Positions 19,619-30,668 of a stretch of DNA of 64,000 bases are shown here, in pieces. A program made the translations under genes and the position numbers. Source of the DNA: Alphaproteobacteria bacterium (GTDB lineage: Bacteria; Pseudomonadota; Alphaproteobacteria; Bin95). Every line of letters begins with the position of its first letter. The first letter of the stretch is position 1. The notes below the pieces were generated by a model that did not search any database, had not been told where the DNA came from, and saw nothing but the letters and a program-made list of their open reading frames with translations. The stretch spans positions 1,040,051 through 1,104,050 of the forward strand of contig CAXXWS020000003.1 of NCBI GenBank assembly GCA_963665325.3, in the 5' to 3' direction.

Positions 19619-21889
19619 ATGGCTATCGTCCACCACGGCTCGCACTGGGGCGCCTTCCGGGCCGAAACGTCGGAGGGGCGCGTCACCGGCGCGCTGCCCT
19701 TCGCCAAGGATCCCGAACCTTCCCCCATTGTGACCTCGATACCGGACGCCGTGCATCATCGCTCGCGCATAGAGGGACCGATGGCGCGGCGCGGCTGGCT
19801 GGACGGCGACGGCGGTGAGGGGCGCGGTCGCGATTCCTATGTAGCGCTCGACTGGGACCGGGCGGTCGATCTCATCGCGGGGGAGGTCGCGCGCGTCGGC
19901 CGCGATTTCGGCAACGCCTCGATCTTCGCCGGCTCCTACGGCTGGGCGAGCGCCGGGCGCTTCCACCACGCGAAGAGCCAGCTGCAGCGCTTCCTGAACA
20001 TGGCGGGCGGCTTCACCAGCCAGCTGCACAATTACAGCTATGCGGCGGGCCTCGCCGTGCTGCCGCACATACTGGGCGGCGTGGAGGCGGCGGCGGGCCC
20101 CGTCACGGACTGGCCCTCCATCGTGGAGAACACCGGGCTGATGGTGTCGTTCGGCGGCCTGCCGGTGAAGAACGCGCAGGTCGATTCCGGCGGCAATGGC
20201 GAGCATGCCGCGGCCGCCTATATCCGCGAAGCGCGGGCGCGGGGCGTTCGCTTCGTTGCCATCTCGCCGCTTGGCGACGACCTGCCGGCGGACCTGGGCG
20301 GGGAATGGATTCCGATCCGCCCCGGCACCGACACCGCCATGATGCTGGCCCTCTCGCAGGTGCTGCTGGCCGAAGGGCTGGCCGACCGGGCATTCCTGGA
20401 GCGCTATTGCACGGGCGCCGCGGCCTTCGAGGCCTCGCTGGAAGGCAGAACGCCGGAATGGGCCGAGGGGATTACCGGCGTGCCGGCCGCGCGCATCCGT
20501 TCGCTCGCCCGCGAGATGGCGGGCGCGCGCACCATGATTTCGACCGCCTGGGCCCTGCAGCGAGGCGACCATGGGGAGCAGCCCTTCTGGGCCACCGTGG
20601 GGCTCGCGGCCTGCCTCGGCCAGATCGGCCTGGCCGGCGGCGGCTTCGGCTTCGGCTACGGGTGCGTCTCCGGCATCGGCGCGCCGCGCCACGGCCTTTC
20701 CGGGCCGACTTTCCCGATCGGGCCGAACCCGGTCGATGACTTCATACCCGTCTCGCGCATTGCGGACATGCTGCTCGATCCGGGCGGCGACTACGATTTC
20801 AATGGCGAGCGGCGGCGCTATCCGGATACGCGCCTCGTCTATTGGGCGGGCGGCAACCCGTTCCACCACCACCAGGACATCAACCGGCTGATCCGCGCCT
20901 TCCGCCAGCCGGAAACCGTGGTCGTGCACGACCCCTGGTGGACGGCGACCGCGCGCCACGCCGATATCGTCATCCCGGCAACCACGACGCTCGAGCGCAA
21001 CGACATAGCCGCCGGCAGGCGGGACCGCTTCTGGCTCGCCATGCACCGCGCCATCGACCCGGTCGGCCGGGCGCGCAACGACCACGATGTCTTCGCCGAT
21101 ATTGCCGACCGCCTCGGCTTCCGCGAGCGCTTCACCGAGGGCCTCGGTGAGATGGAGTGGCTGCGCCGGATGTATGACGAGGCCTGCGGGCGCGCGGCCG
21201 AACGGGGCCTCAACCTGCCGGACTTCGACGCCTTCTGGGACGAGGGCCATGTGGAGCTGCCGCGGCCGGCGCGCCCGCGCATCCTGTTCGAGGGCTTCCG
21301 CAGGGGCGAGGATGCGCTGGCGACGCCTTCGGGGAAGATTGAGCTCTATTCGGAGCATGTGGCGGGCTTCGGCTATGAGGACTGCCCCGGCTATCCGGCC
21401 TGGCTGCCGCCGAAGGAGTGGCTCGGCGCGGAGGCCGCACAGCAATGGCCGCTGCACCTGATCTCGAACCAGCCGGCGACGCGCCTCCACGCGCAGCTCG
21501 ACCAGGGCCGCGTGTCGCAGGCGAGCAAGGTGCAGGGCCGCGAGCCGATCCGGCTGAACCCGGCGGACGCCGCCGCGCGCGGCATCGCGGACGGGGACGT
21601 GGTGCGCGTGTTCAACACCCGCGGCGCGCTGCTCGCGGGCGCGGTGCTGAGCGGGGAGGTCGTGCCCGGAGTGGCCGTGCTCGCGACCGGCGCCTGGTAC
21701 GACCCTGCCGACCCTGCGGAGCCGGACAGCCTCGACAAGCACGGCAACCCCAATGTGCTGACCGCTGACCGCGGCACCTCGAAGCTCGGCCAGGGACCGA
21801 GCGCGATGAGCGCGCTGGTCGAGGTCGAGCGTTTCGAAGGCGAACTGCCCCCCGTCACCGCCTTCGAGCCCCCCGACATCGCTGCATGA
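19619..21889 (+). CDS. Cytoplasmic bis-MGD molybdoenzyme, BisC/TorZ (S-/N-oxide reductase) family
   Basis: SHWGAF, GSYGWASAGRFHHA, YSYAA, WAGGNPFHHHQD, HGNPNVLT; no Tat leader. Confidence 0.9.
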   Translation: MAIVHHGSHWGAFRAETSEGRVTGALPFAKDPEPSPIVTSIPDAVHHRSRIEGPMARRGWLDGDGGEGRGRDSYVALDWDRAVDLIAGEVARVGRDFGNASIFAGSYGWASAGRFHHAKSQLQRFLNMAGGFTSQLHNYSYAAGLAVLPHILGGVEAAAGPVTDWPSIVENTGLMVSFGGLPVKNAQVDSGGNGEHAAAAYIREARARGVRFVAISPLGDDLPADLGGEWIPIRPGTDTAMMLALSQVLLAEGLADRAFLERYCTGAAAFEASLEGRTPEWAEGITGVPAARIRSLAREMAGARTMISTAWALQRGDHGEQPFWATVGLAACLGQIGLAGGGFGFGYGCVSGIGAPRHGLSGPTFPIGPNPVDDFIPVSRIADMLLDPGGDYDFNGERRRYPDTRLVYWAGGNPFHHHQDINRLIRAFRQPETVVVHDPWWTATARHADIVIPATTTLERNDIAAGRRDRFWLAMHRAIDPVGRARNDHDVFADIADRLGFRERFTEGLGEMEWLRRMYDEACGRAAERGLNLPDFDAFWDEGHVELPRPARPRILFEGFRRGEDALATPSGKIELYSEHVAGFGYEDCPGYPAWLPPKEWLGAEAAQQWPLHLISNQPATRLHAQLDQGRVSQASKVQGREPIRLNPADAAARGIADGDVVRVFNTRGALLAGAVLSGEVVPGVAVLATGAWYDPADPAEPDSLDKHGNPNVLTADRGTSKLGQGPSAMSALVEVERFEGELPPVTAFEPPDIAA

Positions 21890-22006
21890 GCGCATCTGGG
21901 CAATCGCATTTCAGCTTCGGCGGCTTCGGTCCGCACGGACTCTCTGTAGGACCGGACGCTTTCCCCTTTCGTCACCCCGGCCCCCGAGCCGTGTGTGGAC
22001 GCCTCC

Positions 22007-22258
22007 CTGGATGCAAGCAGTTTTTTCGGCTTGGTCGGGCCTATGCGGTCAGGCGGAGTCGTGTGTCCGGTTTCCCTTGTGCGGCACTTGAGTTGCCGCG
22101 GGCCAGTATGGAGATACGCGGATCGGGTCCATATCGGGGTCATGCGCTCGCGGCGCGCCGGCTCAGCCTGGTTTTCCCGATCCCGTCTCATTGACCGTTT
22201 GCCCTTACCCCTTGCCTCGGCCTGCCTGCATCCTCCGACGGCTCGCCGCACCGCCTTC
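22007..22258 (-). ncRNA. Putative bridge/seek RNA in the 3' non-coding region of the IS
   Basis: Position typical of the IS1111 group. Contains short matches to the target (cggggtc at 22135, ccggctc at 22158) and to the donor junction (tcgtgtgt at 22059). Confidence 0.65.
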
Positions 22259-23290
22259 TCAGGCGGCTGCGGGAGCCCGGTAGGTCTCCTTCTTCACGGC
22301 CAGCGCCCACAGGATGCGCGCCATGCGATTGGCGAGCGCGACGGCGACCAGCTTGCGCTTCCCTGGCTTGCTCGCCAGCAGGCGCGCCAGCCAGGGATCG
22401 TTGCACTTGCCCCGGCGGATGGCGTTCTGGATCACCGACATCGCCCCGACCACCAGCAGGCGGCGCAGGTCCTTCTGGCCCATCTTCGAGATCTTGCCGA
22501 GCCGCGGTTTGCCGGCTGTACTGTGCTGGCGGGGCGTGAGGCCGAGCCAGGCAGCGAAGTCGCGCCCCTTGCGGAAGGTTTCGAGCGGCGGGGCCAGGGC
22601 CTGGAGCGCCAGCGCCGTGACCGGCCCCACCCCCGGCACGGTCATCGCGCGGGCCGCCTCCTCGTCCTCGCGCGCGGCGGCCCGCAGCGTCCGGTCCAGC
22701 TCTCTGACCTTCCCGTCCAGCTCGGCGATCCGTTCCAGCAGCAGTGCCCCCATCTCGTGCGTCAGCGCCGGCAGAGACGCCCCCTCTTCGCCCTCAAGTG
22801 CCCAGGCCAGACGTGCCACATGCGCCGGCCCCTTGGGAGCTACAAGGCCGAACTCCGCTAGATGGCCCCGCAGCGCGTTGATCGTCTGCGTGCGCTGGCG
22901 CACCAGAAGCATGCGCACCCCCAACTGCATCGCCCCCGCCTGGCTCTCCTCGCTCTTCACCGTCACGAAGCGCATGGTCGGGCGCTGCGCCGCCTCGCAG
23001 ATCGCCTCCGCGTCCGCCGCGTCGTTCTTCTGCCGCTTCACATAAGGCTTCACATAAATCGGCGGGATCAGACGAACCTCATGGCCCAGCTTGCCGATCT
23101 CGCGGCCCCAGTAATGCGCACCCCCGCACGCCTCCATCGCAACCGTGCAGCGAGGTTGAGACAACAGAAACGCCAGAACCCGACCCCGCGACAGCTTGCG
23201 ACGGAACGCCACCGAGCCGTCCGAATACGCGCCGTGCATCTGAAAGCTGTTCTTCGACAGGTCCACCCCGATGATGCTAACCTCCTTCAT
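22259..23290 (-). CDS. IS110-family DEDD recombinase/transposase
   Basis: IGVDLSK, AMEACG, KNDAADAEAI, and the serine loop HSTAGK. Confidence 0.95.
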   Translation of the reverse strand: MKEVSIIGVDLSKNSFQMHGAYSDGSVAFRRKLSRGRVLAFLLSQPRCTVAMEACGGAHYWGREIGKLGHEVRLIPPIYVKPYVKRQKNDAADAEAICEAAQRPTMRFVTVKSEESQAGAMQLGVRMLLVRQRTQTINALRGHLAEFGLVAPKGPAHVARLAWALEGEEGASLPALTHEMGALLLERIAELDGKVRELDRTLRAAAREDEEAARAMTVPGVGPVTALALQALAPPLETFRKGRDFAAWLGLTPRQHSTAGKPRLGKISKMGQKDLRRLLVVGAMSVIQNAIRRGKCNDPWLARLLASKPGKRKLVAVALANRMARILWALAVKKETYRAPAAA

Positions 23291-23615
23291 TGGATGCCTC
23301 CTTCCCATTGGGGGTTTCAACAACACCACCATGGCACATTGCGATGCCGTCGGATGGAGGCGTCCACCCTATCGGGGTCCATCCATGGCTCTCGATACCG
23401 CCGCAACCGGTGGAGATGAGGGCGAACCGCCGAAGCTGCCGAGAGAACCGAGGCTGGGCCCCGGATCAGGGTCCGGGGCGACGCGTTGGGGATATGCAAT
23501 GCATTGCCGCCGGACGGAGATGTGTGCATGCGATAGGCTCGGCGTCCGGAGCGGCGACGGGGGGTAGGGCGAAAGGGACGCTCGAATCGGCCCGTTTTCG
23601 AATGCGATTGCCCGG

Positions 23616-24779
23616 ATGAGCGCATCGGGGCCGCTTGCCGGCCTTCGGGTGCTGGAGATAGCGGGCGTCGGGCCGGGGCCGCATTGCGCAATGCTGCTGG
23701 CCGACATGGGCGCGGATGTGCTGCGCATCGACCGGGTGCAGCCCCGCTACCGGGTCCATGCGCGCACCGACCTGCTGAACCGCGGCCGCCGCTCGGTTGC
23801 GCTTGACCTCAAGCAGCCTCGCGCGGTCGAGACTGTGCTCTCGCTGGCGGAAAAGGCCGACGTGCTGCTGGAGGGCTTCCGGCCGGGCGTCATGGAACGG
23901 CTCGGCCTCGGGCCGGAGCCTGTGCTCGCGCGCAATCCGAAGCTCGTCTTTGCGCGGCTGACCGGCTGGGGGCAGACCGGGCCGCTTGCGGAGGCGGCGG
24001 GCCACGACCTCAACTATCTGGCCCTGACCGGCGCGCTTCACGCCGTCGGCCCGGCCGCCGGCCCGCCGGTACCGCCACTCAACCTCGCCGGCGATTTCGG
24101 CGGCGGCGCGCTCTATGCCGCTTTCGGTATCCTGGCGGCGCTGTTCGAGCGCGGAACCTCCGGAAAGGGGCAGGTGATGGATGCCGCGATGGTGGATGGC
24201 GCGGCCTCGCTGATGACCTTCGTGCAGGGGCTCATGGCCGCCGGCTGGTGGCGGGACGAGCGCGAGGCGAACCTGATCGACGGCGGCGCGCCCTTCTACC
24301 GCTGTTATGAGACCGCGGACGGCAAATGGGTGGCGCTCGGCGCCATCGAGCCCGAGTTCTACGATGCCTTCCTGAGGCTGACCGGCCTCGACGGCGAGGG
24401 GCTGCCGAAACGCATGGACCGGGCCAACTGGCCGGAGCTGACCGAGCGCTTCAAGCGGCTGTTCCTGACGAAGACGCGCGAGGAGTGGTGCGCCCTGCTG
24501 GAAGGCACCGACGCCTGCTTCGCCCCGGTGCTGACCCTGGAGGAAGCGCCCGCCCACCCGCATATGGCGGCGCGGGGCGCGCTCGCCGCCAGCCATGGCG
24601 TCGTCCAGTCCGGTCCCGCTCCCCGCTTCTCGCGCACGCCCGGCGCACTCTCCCGCCCGCCGCCCGCACCCGGCGAGGACACGCGCGCGGCGCTTGCCGA
24701 CTGGGGACTGGACGAAACGGATATCGACGCTCTCATCGCTTCGGGCGGGGCGCTGCAGGCGGAAGCGACGGAGGAGTGA
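23616..24779 (+). CDS. CaiB/BaiF family III CoA transferase / alpha-methylacyl-CoA racemase
   Basis: GPGPHC, EGFRPGVMERLGLGP, GHDLNY, GDFGGG. Confidence 0.92.
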   Translation: MSASGPLAGLRVLEIAGVGPGPHCAMLLADMGADVLRIDRVQPRYRVHARTDLLNRGRRSVALDLKQPRAVETVLSLAEKADVLLEGFRPGVMERLGLGPEPVLARNPKLVFARLTGWGQTGPLAEAAGHDLNYLALTGALHAVGPAAGPPVPPLNLAGDFGGGALYAAFGILAALFERGTSGKGQVMDAAMVDGAASLMTFVQGLMAAGWWRDEREANLIDGGAPFYRCYETADGKWVALGAIEPEFYDAFLRLTGLDGEGLPKRMDRANWPELTERFKRLFLTKTREEWCALLEGTDACFAPVLTLEEAPAHPHMAARGALAASHGVVQSGPAPRFSRTPGALSRPPPAPGEDTRAALADWGLDETDIDALIASGGALQAEATEE

Positions 24780-24839
24780 GAGACCGGTTGGAAATTGCGC
24801 CGGAGCGGGATCCGGTTTGACGGCATCGACTGTTTGTTC

Positions 24840-24897
24840 GTAATTTATGAAATAATTCAAAAAATATCTTGACTCCGGGAAATTCCTCCCGATATTG
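24840..24897 (+). promoter_or_regulatory. Probable sigma70 promoter with AT-rich upstream tract
   Basis: TTGACT (24869) followed after 16-17 nt by GATATT/ATATTG, within an AT-rich island in GC-rich DNA. Confidence 0.45.
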
Positions 24898-25159
24898 GGA
24901 CACGAGGAAGGAAGCGGTATCCGCGCGGGGCTGCTTCCTTTCCCGGTTCGCGCCGGCGCGAAAAGACCCCTGAGAAACTGACGGGACAAGTGCGCCCTGC
25001 ATCCGGGTTCGCACGCGCGGGCGCAATCAGGCGCGCGAACCGCGCCGGCGCTAACGGGCGCCCGCGCCCGCGTGCGATACGCGCGAAACAGGGTCCTGCT
25101 GCAGCGGGTGAGCCGGCGCCGGGATGAACGGAACGAAGAGGGATCGAAAGGAGTGAACC

Positions 25160-25285
25160 ATGCCGAAGCCGCAAAGCCGGGGATATCGGACGGAATACCC
25201 CGAGCCCCGGTCCGAAACGACGGCTGCATACCCGAAGAGACATCAGGCTATGCGCTACACGCATGCGGATCATGACAAAACATGA
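25160..25285 (+). CDS. Possible 41-aa small protein
   Basis: AAGGAG 6 nt before ATG; MPKPQSRGYRTEYPEPRSETTAAYPKRHQAMRYTHADHDKT. Confidence 0.3.
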   Translation: MPKPQSRGYRTEYPEPRSETTAAYPKRHQAMRYTHADHDKT

Positions 25286-25370
25286 CATCCCATGACACTC
25301 CATGGGAGGCTCCGCTGCGGGGCGCCCGCCGGAGGCCGGCAAAGGGCGGCGCCGGCCCGGTCCTCTACCC

Positions 25371-25475
25371 CCTTATCCCGAGTAGCGGCGCGAGCCGCGT
25401 ATCGAGGGAGGCGTTTCCACCGGGGGACGGTCCTTCGATACGCGCCCGCTGGCGCGGGCGCTACTCAGGATGAGG
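25371..25475. repeat. Alphaproteobacterial REP/RIME-like palindromic element
   Basis: cttatcccgagtagcg...gtatcgaggga / tccttcgatac...cgctactcaggatgag nested inverted repeats. Confidence 0.7.
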
Positions 25476-25497
25476 AGAGGGCCGGGACGCCGGGCGG

Positions 25498-25599
25498 GGC
25501 GGCGCCAACGCCGCCATCCGAAATGTTTGCCGCGTTCGGCGCGGCGGCGCCAACGCCGCCATCCGAAATGTTCGCCGCGTTCGCCGCGGCGGCGCCAAC
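25498..25599. repeat. 45-bp tandem repeat, about 2.3 copies
   Basis: ggcggcgccaacgccgccatccgaaatgtt(t/c)gccgcgttcg(g/c)cgc units start at 25498, 25543 and 25588. Confidence 0.85.
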
Positions 25600-25628
25600 C
25601 CGTGAGTCTCAACCCGGCAGCGCTGGTA

Positions 25629-27317
<1,689 letters not shown>

Positions 27318-27496
27318 TTCATGGGCTCCGGTCCGGGCGCCGAATATCCTGCGAGTGTATCCGCGCGACGGCGAAAATGCTGCCTCATTCGTCGGGCCGG
27401 CGGGGATGGTGGCGACGGTTCGGTCTTCACAAACGCCGGTTCCGGGCTTAGGGAAGTCCGGGCGAGGACGCGATTCATGCGCGATGCCGGAAATCC

Positions 27497-29029
27497 ATGA
27501 CTGAACCGGTCACGCTCACGCCCGGGCCGATCGGCTTGCCGGACCTCGAAGGGCTGTATCGCGAGAGCCCGCCGGTCGTGCTGGACCGGAGCTGCCGGGC
27601 AGAAGTCGAGCGGGCGGCGGCGGTCGTCGAGCGGGCAGCCGCGGGCGACGCGGCGGTCTACGGGGTCAATACCGGCTTCGGCAAGCTGGCGGGCACCCGC
27701 ATTTCGCCCGAGCAAACCGCCCGGCTGCAGCGCAACCTGATCCTCTCCCACAATGCCGGCGTCGGCCCGGACCTGCCGGAACCGGTCGTCCGCCTCATGA
27801 TGACGCTGAAGCTGCTCAGCCTCGGCCGCGGCGCCTCGGGCGTGCAGTGGGCCATCGTCGAGGTGCTGGAGCGGATGCTGGCGGCAGGCGTCACCCCCGC
27901 GGTGCCGGCGCAGGGCTCGGTCGGCGCCTCCGGCGACCTGGCGCCGCTCGCCCACCTGACGGCCGTCATGATCGGCGAAGGCAGGGCCAGTTGGCGCGGC
28001 GAACGCATGGCCGGCGGCGCGGCAATGCAGGCGGCCGGGATCGAGCCGGTCGTGCTGGGCGCCAAGGAAGGCCTCGCGATGATCAACGGCACCCAGTGCT
28101 CGACGGCGCTGGCACTGGCCGGCCTGTTCGACGCCAAGCGGTTGTTGCGCGCCGCGCTCGTCACCGGGGCGCTCTCGGTCGATGCCACTCTCGGGTCCGA
28201 CACGCCCTTCGATCCGGAGGTCAATGCACTGCGCGGCCACCAGGCCCAGATCGATGTCGCGGCGGCGCTCAGGGCGCTTCTGGCCGGGAGCGACATCCGC
28301 GCTTCCCATATCGATTGCACCCGGGTGCAGGACCCCTACTCGGTACGCTGCCAGCCGCAGGTGATGGGCGCCTGCCTCACCCTGCTCCGCCAGGCCGGAT
28401 CGGTGCTGGCGGTCGAGGCAGCGGCGGCGACCGACAATCCGCTGGTCCTGACGGAGCGCGGCGAAATCCTGTCGGGCGGCAATTTCCACGCCGAGCCCGT
28501 CGCCTTCGCCGCCGACCAGATCGCGCTTGCGGTGAGCGAGGTCGGCGCGCTGACGGAGCGGCGTATCGCGCTGCTGGTCGATCCGGCGATGAGCGAGCTG
28601 CCGGCCTTCCTGACGCCGGAGCCCGGCATCAACAGCGGCTTCATGGCGGCCGAGATCACCGCCGCGGCGCTTGCGGCGGAGAACAGGCAGCGTGCGGCAC
28701 CGGCCAGCATCGACAGCCTGACCACCTGCGCCAACCAGGAAGACCATGTGTCGATGGCGACCCACGGCGCGCGCCGGCTGTTGGAGATGAACGACAATCT
28801 GGCCAAGATCGTCGCCATCGAATGGCTCGCCGGCGCCCAGGGCATAGGGTTCCGCGCGCCGCTGAAGACGAGCGCGCGCCTCGGCCGGGCGGTGAAACGG
28901 CTGCGTGCGGTTGTGCCCCCGCTCGAAGAGGACCGGTATATGGCCCCGGACATCGAGGCCGCGGTCGCTCTGGTGCGGGCCGGCGCGCTGGTCGAAGCGG
29001 CGGGGCCGGACGGGATGCCGGGCTGGTGA
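27497..29029 (+). CDS. hutH: Histidine ammonia-lyase
   Basis: [11 protein letters not shown]-forming [25 protein letters not shown]. Confidence 0.95.
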   Translation: MTEPVTLTPGPIGLPDLEGLYRESPPVVLDRSCRAEVERAAAVVERAAAGDAAVYGVNTGFGKLAGTRISPEQTARLQRNLILSHNAGVGPDLPEPVVRLMMTLKLLSLGRGASGVQWAIVEVLERMLAAGVTPAVPAQGSVGASGDLAPLAHLTAVMIGEGRASWRGERMAGGAAMQAAGIEPVVLGAKEGLAMINGTQCSTALALAGLFDAKRLLRAALVTGALSVDATLGSDTPFDPEVNALRGHQAQIDVAAALRALLAGSDIRASHIDCTRVQDPYSVRCQPQVMGACLTLLRQAGSVLAVEAAAATDNPLVLTERGEILSGGNFHAEPVAFAADQIALAVSEVGALTERRIALLVDPAMSELPAFLTPEPGINSGFMAAEITAAALAAENRQRAAPASIDSLTTCANQEDHVSMATHGARRLLEMNDNLAKIVAIEWLAGAQGIGFRAPLKTSARLGRAVKRLRAVVPPLEEDRYMAPDIEAAVALVRAGALVEAAGPDGMPGW

Positions 29030-29048
29030 GCGGACGAGCCGGCCCGGG

Positions 29049-29876
29049 TCAGGGCCTGCGGGCGAGGAACCTGACGCCTCCGAGATTGCCTCCGCGAAAC
29101 AGCCCGGCGATGCTCGAATAGAAGTCGTCCAGGCCGGCAAATACCTGCTCGCCGTGCAGGGCCACCTCATGCTCGCGACTGTCGCGATAGGCCTGTGCGC
29201 GTTCCGCAACATGGTCCGTCCAGGACGCTGTCACATCCTCAATGACGACTTCGGCGAAGCCGGCCCGGTCGAGGTCCCGGCGCAGTTCGTCCAGACGGGG
29301 AAGATTGCGGCTGTAAACCTTGACGGCGAGGGTCTCGCGTTCGTCGTCGGTGAATGCTCCGCGCTCGAAATAGTCCTCGACATACATGCCGCCTCCGGGG
29401 CGGAGCGCCTCGTAGCAGCGCCGGTAGAGCCGCTCGCGGTCGGGGATGTGCAGAAATGCCAGCCAGGCGAAGAGCGCGTCGAACCCGCCGGGCGGCACGA
29501 CTCCATCCAGAACGTCGCCCTGCCGGTGATGCACGAGATGCGCGAGGCCGCAGCGTTCGGTCAGCCGGGACGCGACCTCGTTCACATCCGCCTGGAGCTC
29601 GAGCGCTGTGACCTCGCATCCCGCCCGGCTGGCGATGAAGCGGGCCGGGCCGCCGAGACCGGAGCCGACATCGAGGACCCGGTGGTGCGGCTCGACCGCG
29701 AGCCGGGCGATGCCTTCGCCAACCGCTTCCGTGCCGTGATAGTGGTATTGGTCAAACCGGCTGAGCAGGCCCAGGGGAATAGGGTCGTCGTCCCCGATGC
29801 CGGCATCGCGAAGCTGGGCATACACGCGGTCCACTCGCGAGTAGAGCTTCATCGCCTTGATGTCTCGGTCGGTCAT
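29049..29876 (-). CDS. Class I SAM-dependent methyltransferase (sarcosine/dimethylglycine MT-like)
   Basis: DQYHYHG, VLDVGSGLGGPAR, LHIPDR, LRPGG. Confidence 0.85.
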   Translation of the reverse strand: MTDRDIKAMKLYSRVDRVYAQLRDAGIGDDDPIPLGLLSRFDQYHYHGTEAVGEGIARLAVEPHHRVLDVGSGLGGPARFIASRAGCEVTALELQADVNEVASRLTERCGLAHLVHHRQGDVLDGVVPPGGFDALFAWLAFLHIPDRERLYRRCYEALRPGGGMYVEDYFERGAFTDDERETLAVKVYSRNLPRLDELRRDLDRAGFAEVVIEDVTASWTDHVAERAQAYRDSREHEVALHGEQVFAGLDDFYSSIAGLFRGGNLGGVRFLARRP

Positions 29877-29912
29877 GGTACGGGCGGGCCGCTTCCTGTG
29901 CGCCGACCCGGC

Positions 29913-30488
29913 CTACGCTGCCCGGCCGGTCTTGCGGAAGGCCCTGCCGCCGCTTTCCGGCTGGTCGGAGCGGAAGATCAGGTCGTCCACGGGTTCGCCT
30001 GCATCGTAGCGGGCGACGAGCTCGTCCGGATCGAAGGGCTGGCCGACAGGGTCGCGCGCGAAGGTCTCGCTGCGCATGAACTCGCCGGCTGCGGCAAGGT
30101 CCATCGCGTCGATCTGGAACTCCAGCCCGTTGCCGTCCGGGTCGCGGTAATACATGGAGAGCGTGAGCCCGTGGCGGATCGGCCGCCAGGGCAGGATGTC
30201 CATGGCCTTCAACCGCGTGTAGGTGTGGAGGAGCTCGCCCAGGTCCTTCCAGGTGTAGGCGACGTGGTTGACGCCCGCCTCGCCGGGCTGCCGCTCCACG
30301 GCGCCCTCGGCCGCCGGCCCCAGATCGATGAAGGCGAAGCGGTGGTGCTCGTCATCGTAGGTGAGGAAGGCGAGCCGGTCGTCCCGGTGCTGGATGCGCG
30401 CCTCGAAGACGCGGGCATACCAGTCGATCATCTCCTCGAAGCGATGGGTGTTGTAGACGATGTGGGCGAATTTGCTGGGTGCGACCAT
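29913..30488 (-). CDS. VOC/glyoxalase-family protein (extradiol dioxygenase-like fold)
   Basis: FAHIVY, DDEHHR, NHVAY, HGLTLSMYYRDPDGNGLE. Confidence 0.85.
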   Translation of the reverse strand: MVAPSKFAHIVYNTHRFEEMIDWYARVFEARIQHRDDRLAFLTYDDEHHRFAFIDLGPAAEGAVERQPGEAGVNHVAYTWKDLGELLHTYTRLKAMDILPWRPIRHGLTLSMYYRDPDGNGLEFQIDAMDLAAAGEFMRSETFARDPVGQPFDPDELVARYDAGEPVDDLIFRSDQPESGGRAFRKTGRAA

Positions 30489-30527
30489 CTCTGCCTCCCC
30501 GGATGCGCTGGCGTTCGCGGCTGCCCG

Positions 30528-30626
30528 TCAGACCCTGACCGGCGGTTCGGTCTCGCTCGTCGCCAGCATTTCGGCGTCTGTCATGGCCATGATCTTCTCA
30601 TACCGGCCGGGCGGGTAGTTGTTCAT
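30528..30626 (-). CDS. Possible 32-aa small ORF or gene remnant
   Basis: GGGAG RBS; MNNYPPGRYEKIMAMTDAEMLATSETEPPVRV, co-directional within the operon. Confidence 0.3.
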   Translation of the reverse strand: MNNYPPGRYEKIMAMTDAEMLATSETEPPVRV

Positions 30627-30668
30627 GGCGCATCTCCCTGTTTCGGCCGGCCTCGCCGGATGCAGCTC

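Larger units (their letters stand above)
21992..23372 (-). mobile_element. IS110-family (IS1111-group) insertion sequence
   Basis: Perfect 12-bp subterminal IRs gtggacgcctcc (21995) and ggaggcgtccac (23356); CG core on both flanks; long 3' non-coding region. Confidence 0.88.
21970..23483. repeat. REP-like palindromic element split by the IS110 insertion
   Basis: Left arm cgtcaccccggcccccgagc rejoins cggggtcca; the distal arm is tgggccccggatcagggtccggggcgacg. Confidence 0.7.
21893..23618. mobile_element. MITE-like insertion (outer element) containing a REP-like hairpin and the IS110 copy
   Basis: 17/18-bp inverted repeats at 21893-21910 and 23601-23618; direct repeat ATGAGCGCATC at 21886 and 23616. 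Confidence 0.55.

Noticed and set aside
24834-24860. Alphaproteobacterial LexA box (GTTC-N7-GTTC)
   Set aside because: Only one half-site matches (gttc-gtaattt-atga).
25498-25599. Possible CRISPR array
   Set aside because: Head-to-tail 45-bp tandem repeat with no unique spacers and no cas genes.
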